Positions 49,907 to 59,760 of a DNA stretch of 64,000 bases are shown here, in pieces. The DNA is from a virus, in the IMG/VR virus record IMGVR_UViG_3300013132_006127. One strand, given 5' to 3'. Under the pieces are notes generated by a model. The model was not told where the DNA came from and did no database searches. It saw nothing but the letters and a program-made list of their open reading frames with translations. A program made the translations under genes and the position numbers. Every line of letters starts with the position of its first letter. Position 1 is the stretch's first letter.

Positions 49907-50282
49907 TAATAATCTCTTGAGCTTGTTTTTCCATTTTTTCATGAAACTTATTGAAGAATCCTTCAATATATCTTTCAACTTGTTTTTTATTTTCCAGTGG
50001 GACATGGTAGTTCTTTACTATTACTTTTTCAGAATTCTCAACTTCTCCTTTTTGGTTCTTGTTTAAGACATTGCAAGTTACAGTGAACACCATCTCTACA
50101 GGACTATCCAGTAAAGGCTCGTCTTGACTAAATAAACCACTATATTGATTTTCAGAGGTGTCATGCGCCTCCTGTTCCAGCTTTTCTGGATTTATTTCGG
50201 TAGCCATAACCTTATTAAACATCTGCATTAAGGTTGCCATTTCTTCTTCTGATAGATTCTTAAAAAATTCTGGAGAATTCAT
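49887..50282 (-). CDS. Hypothetical protein
   Basis: Coupled 131-aa ORF. Confidence 0.7.
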   Translation of the reverse strand: MNSPEFFKNLSEEEMATLMQMFNKVMATEINPEKLEQEAHDTSENQYSGLFSQDEPLLDSPVEMVFTVTCNVLNKNQKGEVENSEKVIVKNYHVPLENKKQVERYIEGFFNKFHEKMEKQAQEIINDDNKE

Positions 50283-50283
50283 A

Positions 50284-50631
50284 TTATATCCATTTTGTTT
50301 TTGGTTGCTTTTTTATCCTTGACATTCCTTTTGGTAAAGGCTTATCCGGTTTATTGTCTTTGTAGTCGTTATGTTTCCTATAAAGAGATACTTTTTCATC
50401 TTCACTGAGCTTATCTCTATTTCTATTGGCCAAGTCCCCAAGAGTTTTAAGCTCCGAATCAGATTTTTTTACTGAAGCGTTTTGTGTTAAGATATCATCA
50501 ACATAATTTCTTTGTGTATTATTATTACAGCAGCATTCTGGACAATTTGGCTTATCTATATAATCCTTGATATAGAAAAATAACTCAAATTTAATTTGAC
50601 ATTTTTCACAAAAATAAGAATAAGTTGGCAT
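50284..50631 (-). CDS. FmdB-family zinc-ribbon protein
   Basis: MPTYSYFCEKC...CPEC; TAATG-coupled start at 50631. Confidence 0.85.
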   Translation of the reverse strand: MPTYSYFCEKCQIKFELFFYIKDYIDKPNCPECCCNNNTQRNYVDDILTQNASVKKSDSELKTLGDLANRNRDKLSEDEKVSLYRKHNDYKDNKPDKPLPKGMSRIKKQPKTKWI

Positions 50632-51212
50632 TATAAATAAGACTCTGGTAGATAACACTTCCACTCGTCTGGAATCTCTTTTCTTATTCTAAGCAGCCAG
50701 TAGGTTATAGGCAAGTATTTATGACTCTTTTTGGGAGCCACTGGTAAATTTTGTAATGGCATATTGGCTTGTTTAGGTGTTCTATTGCCTTTCTTTCTAT
50801 TGCAGTCAACGCAGGCTGTAACTATATTAGTCCAACAGGTTGGTGACCCTATCTTGTTTTTCCACACAGACTTTGGAATAACATGATCATATGTTAACTT
50901 GTTTATTTCTTTTCTAGAATTACAATACTGGCAAGTATAATTATCTCTGATAAATAGATTTTTTCTAGAAAAATTAACATTTTGATTGTATATCCTAAAA
51001 TATTTACAGGTTTTTACAACGGCCGGTATAGGTATTTTCCGATCATTAACACCAACTATCCAGTCATTCTTGTAAAAGTCTATAATATCTACGCCACAAT
51101 TACTATGTAATTCATGTCTCATCGACCATACTAGTGCTCTCTTCCAGCTTATCACTCCTAGTGGCGTATAATCTGAGTTTAAAACTAAGCATTTACTGTT
51201 TTCGGTTCTCAT
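50631..51212 (-). CDS. HNH endonuclease (McrA-like)
   Basis: LVLNSDYTPL, RDNYTCQYC, TYDHVIPKS, NIVTACVDCNRKKG. Confidence 0.9.
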   Translation of the reverse strand: MRTENSKCLVLNSDYTPLGVISWKRALVWSMRHELHSNCGVDIIDFYKNDWIVGVNDRKIPIPAVVKTCKYFRIYNQNVNFSRKNLFIRDNYTCQYCNSRKEINKLTYDHVIPKSVWKNKIGSPTCWTNIVTACVDCNRKKGNRTPKQANMPLQNLPVAPKKSHKYLPITYWLLRIRKEIPDEWKCYLPESYL

Positions 51213-51921
51213 TTTCGTAAGATTCTAAACGTCCTAAAATTTTACCTATAATCGGATTCCTTACAATATCAGAAAAGTCCAACATAGAAACACCGATACC
51301 ATCCACACCTTTTAAAGCCTGGATCATATTTATGAATCCACCTCTCATATGTCTAATTAAATCTGACTGACTTACATCTCCAGTTAAAACCATCTTACTA
51401 TTATTGCCAAGACGAGTTAATAACATTTTTAATTGATCATATGAAGCGTTCTGACATTCATCAGCAACAATAAATGTATCATGAAAATTTCTACCTCTCA
51501 TTAAACCAAGAGGAACTATCTCTATCTTGCCATTGGTCTTTAAAGAAGCAAACTCTCCATTAGATATAAAATGTCTTACTTCGTCCAATAAAGGAAGAAG
51601 ATACGGGTGTAGTTTTTCTTCTGCCGTACCGGGTAAATAACCTATTTTTTCTCCTGATTCAACAATTGGTCTTGTAATTACTATTCTTTTGATTTTTTCA
51701 TCCAATAAATAATCCAAAGCCATACCTATAGCAATATGTGTCTTACCACTACCGGCAACACCTTGACAAAAAGTAATACTATTTTCAGCAATAGTTCTTA
51801 TGTATTCATTTTGATTAGATGTTCTAGGTTTAACTCTATTTCTATATATAACAGGGGTCTGTATATTGTTTGTTAAATCTATAACTTTTTTCTTTTTTGA
51901 GTTTTTATTATTTTTTCTCAA
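51193..51921 (-). CDS. phoH: PhoH-family ATPase
   Basis: GVAGSGKT, GYLPG, MRGRNF, ADECQN, LTRLG, GDVSQSD. Confidence 0.95.
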   Translation of the reverse strand: MRKNNKNSKKKKVIDLTNNIQTPVIYRNRVKPRTSNQNEYIRTIAENSITFCQGVAGSGKTHIAIGMALDYLLDEKIKRIVITRPIVESGEKIGYLPGTAEEKLHPYLLPLLDEVRHFISNGEFASLKTNGKIEIVPLGLMRGRNFHDTFIVADECQNASYDQLKMLLTRLGNNSKMVLTGDVSQSDLIRHMRGGFINMIQALKGVDGIGVSMLDFSDIVRNPIIGKILGRLESYENENRKQ

Positions 51922-51944
51922 GTTTTACCCTTTATGAATAGTGG

Positions 51945-54137
51945 TTAAATTAGACATGCACCGCCAGCGCAACTAATTTCCTCTATTCCTACGGTATTAT
52001 CCTCTGTCTCTGCAAGTTGCGTGTAATCAACCTTCTTAAAACTATTATACAAATCGCAGTATATCTTCCAATTATAGACATCTTTCATACAATAAGTAAG
52101 TCTTCTGAGATCACTATCAAAATACTTACCAGCAAAATTTTTCATTTTGGTAACAAATAACAGTTTTTCTTGAGTATCTACTTCTTTTGCTTGGTTTAAT
52201 GCTACGTAATCACATGCGGCCCATAGGTTATTATTGAAAGCATTTAATCCCAACTCTATAAGACCAGAACACCACAATGCAGCATCGCCGTACTCTTTAA
52301 CTATTTCACGACTAGTATATACTGTAGTAAATGGAGCTTGCGGATAGTCTTTATCACCACTTTGAGGTATAAGACTTATACCGGCAAAATATTTTCTATT
52401 ATCGTAGATGTATTTTGTAACCTCATCCCATTCGTCTGGTTTTACTGTTACTGTATTGCTAACATTATGACTAAGATAATCTTGAGTGCATAATGCCCTA
52501 TTTTTACCAGAATTGACCCAATTTTTTTGAGTATCTTTTACAACGGACAGCATCTCGACTGCTGGTAATTGATTCTTTAATTTTGCACCGTCTGGTACTT
52601 CGACTGGGAATTTGATTACCTCATCGGTATTGTTAGCTGACCACGATGATTTCTCGCAGGCTTGCGGGTTTACTTTTTTAAAGTGTTGGTATGGAGCTTC
52701 TAAAACATTGGCTTGTACATGCCTGATATAGCGTTTAGCGTGGTGTGGATGGATACCAGAGCTAGTTCCTAACATACTAGATGAGGTTCCTTCTGGTTTT
52801 AGACAAGTAACTCGTGCCGCTTGATTAATATTGATCTTTTTGCACAGAGCTTTGTTAGTGTCTACGGCTATTTTTGCTCCTTTGGTCAATACTTTTTCTG
52901 TTAGTACAAGATCGTGTTTTTCCATTGTTCCAGTAAGAGATACTCCCAATAAAGCTTCTCTCTCAAAGATTTTTTGGCTAATATTACCTAGATATTCTAG
53001 ATTAGTAAATCCTGCTTGTAAAGTTCCTATAATTGCTGCTGCTTTGCATCTTTCAAAGAAATCTTCTTCGTCTGTAACACTGGAGCAATTAATTGTTGAT
53101 AGATTACATCCTTGCCATCCGCTTTTACCAGTTTCTTCGTCAACAGGCCACATACCTATCTCTACACAAGGATTAAAAATCATTTCTGTTGATTCGCTCC
53201 AAATAAACCCAGGTTCTCCAAATTCCTTAACAGATTGCATTAAAGTTTCGAATTCTTCAAATGTTGTTTCATTTTTTAGTAGAAGAGCTGAGTTATTACT
53301 TCTGGCTCTTTGTGGATTATCTATAAACCAATTTCCAGTTTTAGCTTTAGTCATTTCTTCATCATCATGACTAAATAATGCGAGACTAGCTGATCTACGA
53401 ACACCACCACTTAACACAGCATCGCTACTATGCATAACAATATCATAAGCATCTATTGGTCTTAGTTTCTTTTGACCGTTAGCTATACATCTATCTAATA
53501 GAACTCTAATTTTCTCAAGACCATTTTGCAGAGGCTCGAAACCTGGGGCTTTGCCAACTCCGGAGCTTAAAGTTGAACCTTTTGGTCTTATATTACTATA
53601 ATCGAATACAACATATGTATTCTTATACATTTTAAATTCTTCAATAGGCTTACTAAAATAGCTGCTTAACAATACTCCTAAAGCATCGGCCCAGCCTTCT
53701 ATGTTATCTTCTATGACATATTTAGTTCCTTGATCATCTATAACGTTATGTTCAAGTGTAGGTAGTTTTGACACATGATGTTTTTGAACGCTAAATCCTG
53801 TACCACTACCGCAAAGAAGTAACCAAAAACATTCTTGGAAAAATCTGAGTCTATCACAATAAGAGCTTGTACAGTTATATATTTTTGCATGTCTCTTAAG
53901 AATTGGTTCTCCTCCAAACTGTAAAGCCCTTTGGGATCCTAATACTTTCTTTTTATACATCATATCGTATGCCCAATCAATATATTCCGATATATCGCAT
54001 GAAGCATACTTCGTATGCATCATTTCTTTAACTCTTTCAACGGCTTCTTTCCATGTCTCTCTTCTGTTTTTTGTTTCTAACCAACGAGCGTATTTGCTGA
54101 CAAATGTATAATTCTGTAGTTCTTGAAGAGCAGACAT
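51945..54137 (-). CDS. nrdJ: Class II (adenosylcobalamin-dependent) ribonucleotide reductase
   Basis: YNC, GGVRRSA, NPCVEI, CNL, KPEGT, C-terminal CAGGAC; no ATP cone and no nrdB nearby. Confidence 0.85.
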   Translation of the reverse strand: MSALQELQNYTFVSKYARWLETKNRRETWKEAVERVKEMMHTKYASCDISEYIDWAYDMMYKKKVLGSQRALQFGGEPILKRHAKIYNCTSSYCDRLRFFQECFWLLLCGSGTGFSVQKHHVSKLPTLEHNVIDDQGTKYVIEDNIEGWADALGVLLSSYFSKPIEEFKMYKNTYVVFDYSNIRPKGSTLSSGVGKAPGFEPLQNGLEKIRVLLDRCIANGQKKLRPIDAYDIVMHSSDAVLSGGVRRSASLALFSHDDEEMTKAKTGNWFIDNPQRARSNNSALLLKNETTFEEFETLMQSVKEFGEPGFIWSESTEMIFNPCVEIGMWPVDEETGKSGWQGCNLSTINCSSVTDEEDFFERCKAAAIIGTLQAGFTNLEYLGNISQKIFEREALLGVSLTGTMEKHDLVLTEKVLTKGAKIAVDTNKALCKKININQAARVTCLKPEGTSSSMLGTSSGIHPHHAKRYIRHVQANVLEAPYQHFKKVNPQACEKSSWSANNTDEVIKFPVEVPDGAKLKNQLPAVEMLSVVKDTQKNWVNSGKNRALCTQDYLSHNVSNTVTVKPDEWDEVTKYIYDNRKYFAGISLIPQSGDKDYPQAPFTTVYTSREIVKEYGDAALWCSGLIELGLNAFNNNLWAACDYVALNQAKEVDTQEKLLFVTKMKNFAGKYFDSDLRRLTYCMKDVYNWKIYCDLYNSFKKVDYTQLAETEDNTVGIEEISCAGGACLI

Positions 54138-54138
54138 T

Positions 54139-54273
54139 TTATCTCCTATAAAGAATGTTTAGTAATTCAAGCAACACAGTAGTTTGAAAAGAGATATCGA
54201 TCATATCTATGTTGCCACTTAATCTATTTAATAAATATATCAAAAGACTGATATAGAACGCTAGTAACATCAT
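54139..54273 (-). CDS. 44-aa hydrophobic peptide missed by the ORF track
   Basis: MMLLAFYISLLIYLLNRLSGNIDMIDISFQTTVLLELLNILYRR*; ATGA overlap with the dCMP deaminase stop; ends just before the nrdJ ATG. Confidence 0.6.
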   Translation of the reverse strand: MMLLAFYISLLIYLLNRLSGNIDMIDISFQTTVLLELLNILYRR

Positions 54274-54740
54274 AATACACCACGCAAATCTCTCAACCAA
54301 GAAAGATCTGGTGTTATTTTATGAATTTGCATCCCGCTCATTTCGATAAATAAATCAAATCTTGTTTTTGCATCCTGATCAAACAATTTTGTGCCATGAT
54401 CATCGATCATATAAACGGTCTTGATACCTTCTTGCCATAGAGCCATAATACAATCATTACAACATTGACCAGTAACATATGCTATACCGTTGTCCGGTCT
54501 AATTACGCAATTCGACAATGCGTTACGCTCAGAGTGTACCATCCAATGATATTTGTCTGGTCTACTGGTTGGCAAATTAGAATCGTCCAGACCTTTTGGA
54601 AAACCGTTGTAACCAACACCTAGAATCCTGTTATTTTGATCTGTAATAACACACCCATGTTGAGTATGAATATCGTGACTCCTTTGAGCTACGATTTTTG
54701 CTAATCCTAAAAAGTAATCAGTCCATGATGGTCTATTCAT
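54270..54740 (-). CDS. dCMP deaminase
   Basis: RPSWTDYF, GYNG, HSERNA, CCNDC. True start is the ATG at 54740. Confidence 0.9.
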   Translation of the reverse strand: MNRPSWTDYFLGLAKIVAQRSHDIHTQHGCVITDQNNRILGVGYNGFPKGLDDSNLPTSRPDKYHWMVHSERNALSNCVIRPDNGIAYVTGQCCNDCIMALWQEGIKTVYMIDDHGTKLFDQDAKTRFDLFIEMSGMQIHKITPDLSWLRDLRGVL

Positions 54741-54746
54741 ACTATC

Positions 54747-54775
54747 ATTGTATCTGCTGATCTTGAGCTTGTCAA
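54747..54775 (-). promoter_or_regulatory. Near-consensus sigma70 promoter, leaderless
   Basis: TTGACA (54775-54770), 17-nt spacer, TACAAT (54752-54747), 6 nt, then ATG. Confidence 0.85.
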
Positions 54776-54821
54776 TATTGTTTTTTATAGAGTTGTGTTC
54801 GCACAACGTTTGACATATATA

Positions 54822-55541
54822 TCAAAATTTTCTATTTTCCTGTATACCATGAGCTAGAAAATGATCTAAAACACCATCAATATGCAGAGGATGTAAATCT
54901 TCATTTATATATTGGTATTTTTTTACATCAAAACTGTCTGGTAATTGGTATGTTTCAATATCATTAAATAAATTTAAATTTTCTTGATGATTTTGTTCAT
55001 ACCATTCTATTTTAGATAAATGTTTATTTTTATACTTTTCATTAAGATTGTTGTCGTTTATAAAGTATTTTAGTTTATTTAGTCTAGTCTCTTTTGATTC
55101 AATATGTATTTTATTTTCAAGCAAAATGTTTTGATTATTTTTTTTAATATGTGGTAACACTAGCGGCTTGTTCCAATAAATAGATTTATATTTATCAACA
55201 TCGGAATAAAAATTAAAATCTAATGCTATTCCAAATATATATAAATGAGAAGAGTATTTATGGGTAAAAGTATTAAAATTTTTATATGTGGTTATATGTC
55301 TATTAAAATTCCTTATCCCAGGATAGGTGTTACACAGTCTTATGTGGTAGTTTTGTTTTCCGGGTATAAAAAATGAACTGTAAAACAATTTATTAAAAAA
55401 CAAATAGCGATTATTATAATTTATTAATAAATCTATATCTTTAGTTTTTTCTAAAGGATACGACATATGTAAGTAATCGCATAAGCTTCCACAAAAAATA
55501 ACATCAGATTTAAATATATTAATTAAATTTAACCAGACCAA
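54822..55541 (-). CDS. Putative Pol-beta-fold nucleotidyltransferase with a C-terminal FD..Y...HY..G..E.R motif
   Basis: IFCGSL...KDIDLLI (GS...DxD). The TTG start is uncertain. Confidence 0.5.
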   Translation of the reverse strand: MVWLNLINIFKSDVIFCGSLCDYLHMSYPLEKTKDIDLLINYNNRYLFFNKLFYSSFFIPGKQNYHIRLCNTYPGIRNFNRHITTYKNFNTFTHKYSSHLYIFGIALDFNFYSDVDKYKSIYWNKPLVLPHIKKNNQNILLENKIHIESKETRLNKLKYFINDNNLNEKYKNKHLSKIEWYEQNHQENLNLFNDIETYQLPDSFDVKKYQYINEDLHPLHIDGVLDHFLAHGIQENRKF

Positions 55542-55565
55542 TTTTTTATGCTATTTTTAGTTTTA

Positions 55566-57707
55566 TCATCCATAATTATATTCCTCTATATTTGTATGTT
55601 TAAATTTTTTAAGAAAAAGTTTTTTATTTATTTCCTGATATTTTTTTGCTCCTTTGCTAGTATCGTTGCCGCTAGAAGATCCTTCGTCGTGTATAATTTC
55701 ACATCTAGGTTCGTACAATGTTTTTAATCCATTGATATGAGCCCTATATTGCCATTCGCTATCTTCGTAATACATTTTTTCTAAAGAAGAGTCTAAAACT
55801 CCAATTTTGTTTATAGCATCTCTTCTCATATACAATAAACACCCAGAACAATATCCAACGTATCTAGGAAGATTATACTCCCTTTTATTTGGATCGTGAC
55901 CCCTTCCTATATTTCTACCCGATCCATTGTTGTATAATTCTGATCCTGCTTCGGCCAACAATCCATTTGGGTATATACTTTTGCCTCCAACACATGCTAT
56001 ATAGTCTGAGCTATAAGCGCTACTATATAAATAATTAAGCCAATATTCTGACAATATTTCAACATCATCATTTAATAAAACAACATCTGAGTCTTTATAC
56101 AAAGGATCTTTTAAGATGTTATTGTTTGCTTCTATAAAGTAAAGATTTTTTTTATTTTTAATGTATCTGATTTTATTTTTGTATTTAGTCAGATAAGATT
56201 TGATGTAATTTTTAATTTTATCATTGGGGCTGTTGTCTGAAATGACTATAGAATAATTATCATATTTGGTTTTAGATATTATGCTTTCTAGACATTTAGC
56301 TAGTTTTTCTGTTTGGCTATAAGCAACAATGCTAATGATTACATGTTTAGATTTTAGAGTGTGAGCTAATACTTTTTTTGCTGCCTCTACTGATACGATT
56401 TTATCTAGGTGATTTTGTGCTGCTAGTCCTAATTGTTGTTTTTCTTTTTGAGACAAACTAAAGAAATATTCCATACTTTCTATAAATTCTTCATCAGTAT
56501 TTGCTATTAAAGAGTTTCCTTTATCTTTAAAATTTATGCCTTCGTTTCCAATATCTGATGTTAAAATAGGTACTCCGCACATTCCAGCATCACAAATTTT
56601 ACCTTTTATTCCTGCTCCCCAGTTTAATGGAGATAATAATAAACAACACTTTGAATATAAATCCTTTAAAGAGTCAACGTGCCCTAATAATTCGATATTT
56701 TTATATTGTGATGCTGATTCGATGTCCTTATCTGTGCCAGGACCAGCAAGATATAATTTGGGTTTGCGTCTTAATTTTTTATAAGCATTTGTTTTTTGAA
56801 ATTTCTTGTACAACTCTACGCATCTCAAAACAGCATCAACATTTGGTCCATGATTATAATTGCCAATAAAAAATATATCATTACCTAAAGTAACTTTTTT
56901 CTTGTGATGTATATTGCTTAATATTTTAATATTATTATGATAACCTATTTCTTTTTGAATTTCTCTTTTATCATTTTCCGTTACCGCAAATACAACATCA
57001 GCCTCGCTATATATTTTTTTTTCTAATTCTTTTTTATAATTCAATATCTCTTCAGAAGTTTTTATCCTTTGATCCTTCGCGCCCCTACTTTCTCTTAGCC
57101 AATGAACATCAACACTATCAACTATAATTTTACATTTTGGATAATATTCTTTAACAATATCAACATACTGAACGGCCATATCATACCACGAGAAAATAGC
57201 ATAATCGAAAATTAATTTTTGTTTTTTGAGTTCTGCTAAAGTGGCTATGTGATAATTTTTTTTATCTGGCAAAAAACATGGAATGTTTATGCTTCTAACA
57301 ATATCCAGGTATTTAGAATCGCTTGTTCCGTTACATAAAAAATATACATTATATTCTAGATCATTTTTTAGTATTTTAAGAATTTCTAACAATCTATTGC
57401 CGCCACTGCTCTTATCATAATCCGGAGCATGAGGAGAGAAATATAATAAGTTTTTAGAATCGCTCCAAAATTCTGGTTTGTGTTCTTGTATTTTTAAATC
57501 TTGATTTATTTTGATTTTTTTATACGGCCTATTTTCTTTTATACCAAACAGCAAGTAATGTTCTTTGGCTTTTTGTTCATTGTCTATAGCGGCTTGTTGT
57601 AAATCTGGATGATATTCTATATAAAATTGATAGTCAAAATCCTTTGGTATTAAAAAAGAATAAGTTTCTACTAATTTAACGAGTTGTGGTGAGGTGGTCC
57701 ATTTCAT
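55566..57707 (-). CDS. Bifunctional GT4 + GT2 glycosyltransferase
   Basis: SSGGNR, GAGIKGKI..A...GVP (GT4); LLNDDVE, GCLLYMRR, YYEDSE, IIHDEG (GT2). Confidence 0.88.
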   Translation of the reverse strand: MKWTTSPQLVKLVETYSFLIPKDFDYQFYIEYHPDLQQAAIDNEQKAKEHYLLFGIKENRPYKKIKINQDLKIQEHKPEFWSDSKNLLYFSPHAPDYDKSSGGNRLLEILKILKNDLEYNVYFLCNGTSDSKYLDIVRSINIPCFLPDKKNYHIATLAELKKQKLIFDYAIFSWYDMAVQYVDIVKEYYPKCKIIVDSVDVHWLRESRGAKDQRIKTSEEILNYKKELEKKIYSEADVVFAVTENDKREIQKEIGYHNNIKILSNIHHKKKVTLGNDIFFIGNYNHGPNVDAVLRCVELYKKFQKTNAYKKLRRKPKLYLAGPGTDKDIESASQYKNIELLGHVDSLKDLYSKCCLLLSPLNWGAGIKGKICDAGMCGVPILTSDIGNEGINFKDKGNSLIANTDEEFIESMEYFFSLSQKEKQQLGLAAQNHLDKIVSVEAAKKVLAHTLKSKHVIISIVAYSQTEKLAKCLESIISKTKYDNYSIVISDNSPNDKIKNYIKSYLTKYKNKIRYIKNKKNLYFIEANNNILKDPLYKDSDVVLLNDDVEILSEYWLNYLYSSAYSSDYIACVGGKSIYPNGLLAEAGSELYNNGSGRNIGRGHDPNKREYNLPRYVGYCSGCLLYMRRDAINKIGVLDSSLEKMYYEDSEWQYRAHINGLKTLYEPRCEIIHDEGSSSGNDTSKGAKKYQEINKKLFLKKFKHTNIEEYNYG

Positions 57708-58333
57708 AAATATGTTCTCTTATTATAACCAATATAGTTTTCTGTTTGCCAGTTTAGTTTATGATTTATTGTGTTTAGTTCCAATAAATCTAAATTATAT
57801 TGAGATGGTATAAAATTATTTGATAAAAATTTATATTTTGGAAGTTTAAAATTTGATGCTATTTCATTAAAAATAATATCAATATTAAGTAAACTTTCAT
57901 AGTTAAGCAATAAATAATTTTCACATATATTAGGCGTTATGTTTAATAGGTGTTGATTTTTTGTTTCTCTAAGATTAAAAATATTATCATATTCTTCTAA
58001 AAGAGTATCGTGTGGACCTGTCGAGACTATCTTATGGTTAAGAAATTTTAAAAATGTAGTGTCTTTATTAAAAGATATATGATATGGGTTTTTATACATG
58101 GCCGACATCCAATCGTATGGATTTCTTACTATTCCTATAAATAAAGTATTTTGACTATCTGGTATTGTTTTAGTATGATGTGTCCAAAAATGTTTCCATC
58201 CATATTTCCAAACAATAGGAATATCAAAAGAATTTTTAATCCATTTTTCTAAAAAATTAGTTCCAGAATGTCTTTCTGCAAAGATGGTGAAGTTTTTAAT
58301 AGGCTCTTTATTTGTTTGTATTATTATACTCAT
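57704..58333 (-). CDS. Sulfotransferase-like protein
   Basis: ERHSGTNFL (5'-PSB-like), VRNPYDW.S.Y (3'-PB-like), YESL. Confidence 0.65.
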   Translation of the reverse strand: MSIIIQTNKEPIKNFTIFAERHSGTNFLEKWIKNSFDIPIVWKYGWKHFWTHHTKTIPDSQNTLFIGIVRNPYDWMSAMYKNPYHISFNKDTTFLKFLNHKIVSTGPHDTLLEEYDNIFNLRETKNQHLLNITPNICENYLLLNYESLLNIDIIFNEIASNFKLPKYKFLSNNFIPSQYNLDLLELNTINHKLNWQTENYIGYNKRTYL

Positions 58334-59760
58334 AAAACATATTCCAACTTAGTAAAATTTATATTTGGATCAAAATCCCAAAAATAGTCTGGGTTCTTGT
58401 TTTTATTTAATTCTTTTAACTTTTCACCAGACAAACAATTTTGTTGGAGTAAGGAGTATAGTTCTTCATGAGTTAAAGGTTTTTCGAATAATGATGATTG
58501 CCCCCTACTATCACCGTGGATATGATTTGCACTCCACCCGTAGATCCCTACGTGAGCATGACGATTACTCTCTGGTGCTATGGTTGTCATATTGTTGATT
58601 TTTAGTACATTTTGTAGATCTATGTCTAAGCCCGATATTGTTTTATTCTTCAAAGAATCGTAATATGGCTCAACATATTTATAAAATTTATATCTATTTA
58701 TCATACAAGATCTAATGGAATTTTCACTTCTAACTATTTTATTAGGATTTCCTTTGGGTTTCTCCCATGCTCCAATATGAAAATATAATATATTATCGTC
58801 TTTGTTTAATGCATGATCATGAAGTAACTGCTCACAAAGTCTTAAATAATCTTTACTAATCAACACATCATCTTCTACGCTCAAAACATAATCATAATTT
58901 GTATTCTCAAATATATACTTTACACTATCATACCAAGAGTATTTACCACTATTTTTAGGCCAATTTATTCTATTATATTCATCGGTTATAACTTTGTCAT
59001 AATCTGATACTATTCCATAGTCAGGATGAGGATCAACAAAAACGTAAGTTTCAAAATTTTCACTATTAGTAGCATCTTTTTGATACTCTAGAGAAAGCTG
59101 CAACATTGCTGATCTGTCGTAATATGTTGGTCTAACTATGCAGATTTCGCTTAACGGAGGCGTATTATGTCCTATTGTCATTCTGTCTTCTGTATTATAG
59201 GTCCTATAGTTTGAAGTGTGATTATGTAAAGCTATTAGTTGCTTACAAGGATTTAGAGTTTCATAACCACTCTTTTTAGCCATATATGCCAATGCAGTAT
59301 CACACCCCAGTTTTCCCATATTAAAATTGCAATTTTTTATTTTATTAAAACCTTTCCATGCCCAAATATCTTGAGAAATACTAGGAATATGTATTAATTC
59401 ACCATCTTTCTCATATCTGCTGATGCACAGAAAAATATTGTTTCTGTTAAAAAAAATACAAATTTTATCAAATTTTTTTAAGATAATATCGCTATTTATA
59501 AGTATGTTAATGTCATCTTTGTTAGTATTTTCATTAGATTTTTGAAAAACATCGTCATATGTAATTCTTTGGTTTTGTAATATTAGAACTGTTTTTTCAT
59601 TAGTATATCTTTTTATAAAATCTAAACTCTCTTGAGTCTCACATAATAAATAAATTTTATCAATATAATTTAATTTTAAATTACTAACTATTGTATCTAG
59701 TATTTCTTTATTTCGTTCTTCATTATCAAATTTAAAATAAGGTATGTACAAATTAATCAT
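58330..59760 (-). CDS. Fusion of two GT-A-like glycosyltransferase domains
   Basis: N-domain NSDI, SQDIWAW, GKLGCD; C-domain PTYYDR, VEDDVL. Confidence 0.6.
   Translation of the reverse strand: MINLYIPYFKFDNEERNKEILDTIVSNLKLNYIDKIYLLCETQESLDFIKRYTNEKTVLILQNQRITYDDVFQKSNENTNKDDINILINSDIILKKFDKICIFFNRNNIFLCISRYEKDGELIHIPSISQDIWAWKGFNKIKNCNFNMGKLGCDTALAYMAKKSGYETLNPCKQLIALHNHTSNYRTYNTEDRMTIGHNTPPLSEICIVRPTYYDRSAMLQLSLEYQKDATNSENFETYVFVDPHPDYGIVSDYDKVITDEYNRINWPKNSGKYSWYDSVKYIFENTNYDYVLSVEDDVLISKDYLRLCEQLLHDHALNKDDNILYFHIGAWEKPKGNPNKIVRSENSIRSCMINRYKFYKYVEPYYDSLKNKTISGLDIDLQNVLKINNMTTIAPESNRHAHVGIYGWSANHIHGDSRGQSSLFEKPLTHEELYSLLQQNCLSGEKLKELNKNKNPDYFWDFDPNINFTKLEYVL

Noticed and set aside
52831-53370. 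179-aa antisense ORF in nrdJ, similar ORFs over ssb (34634-35052) and other short nested ORFs
   Set aside because: They lie wholly within well-supported genes, have no motifs or SD, and are typical shadow frames.
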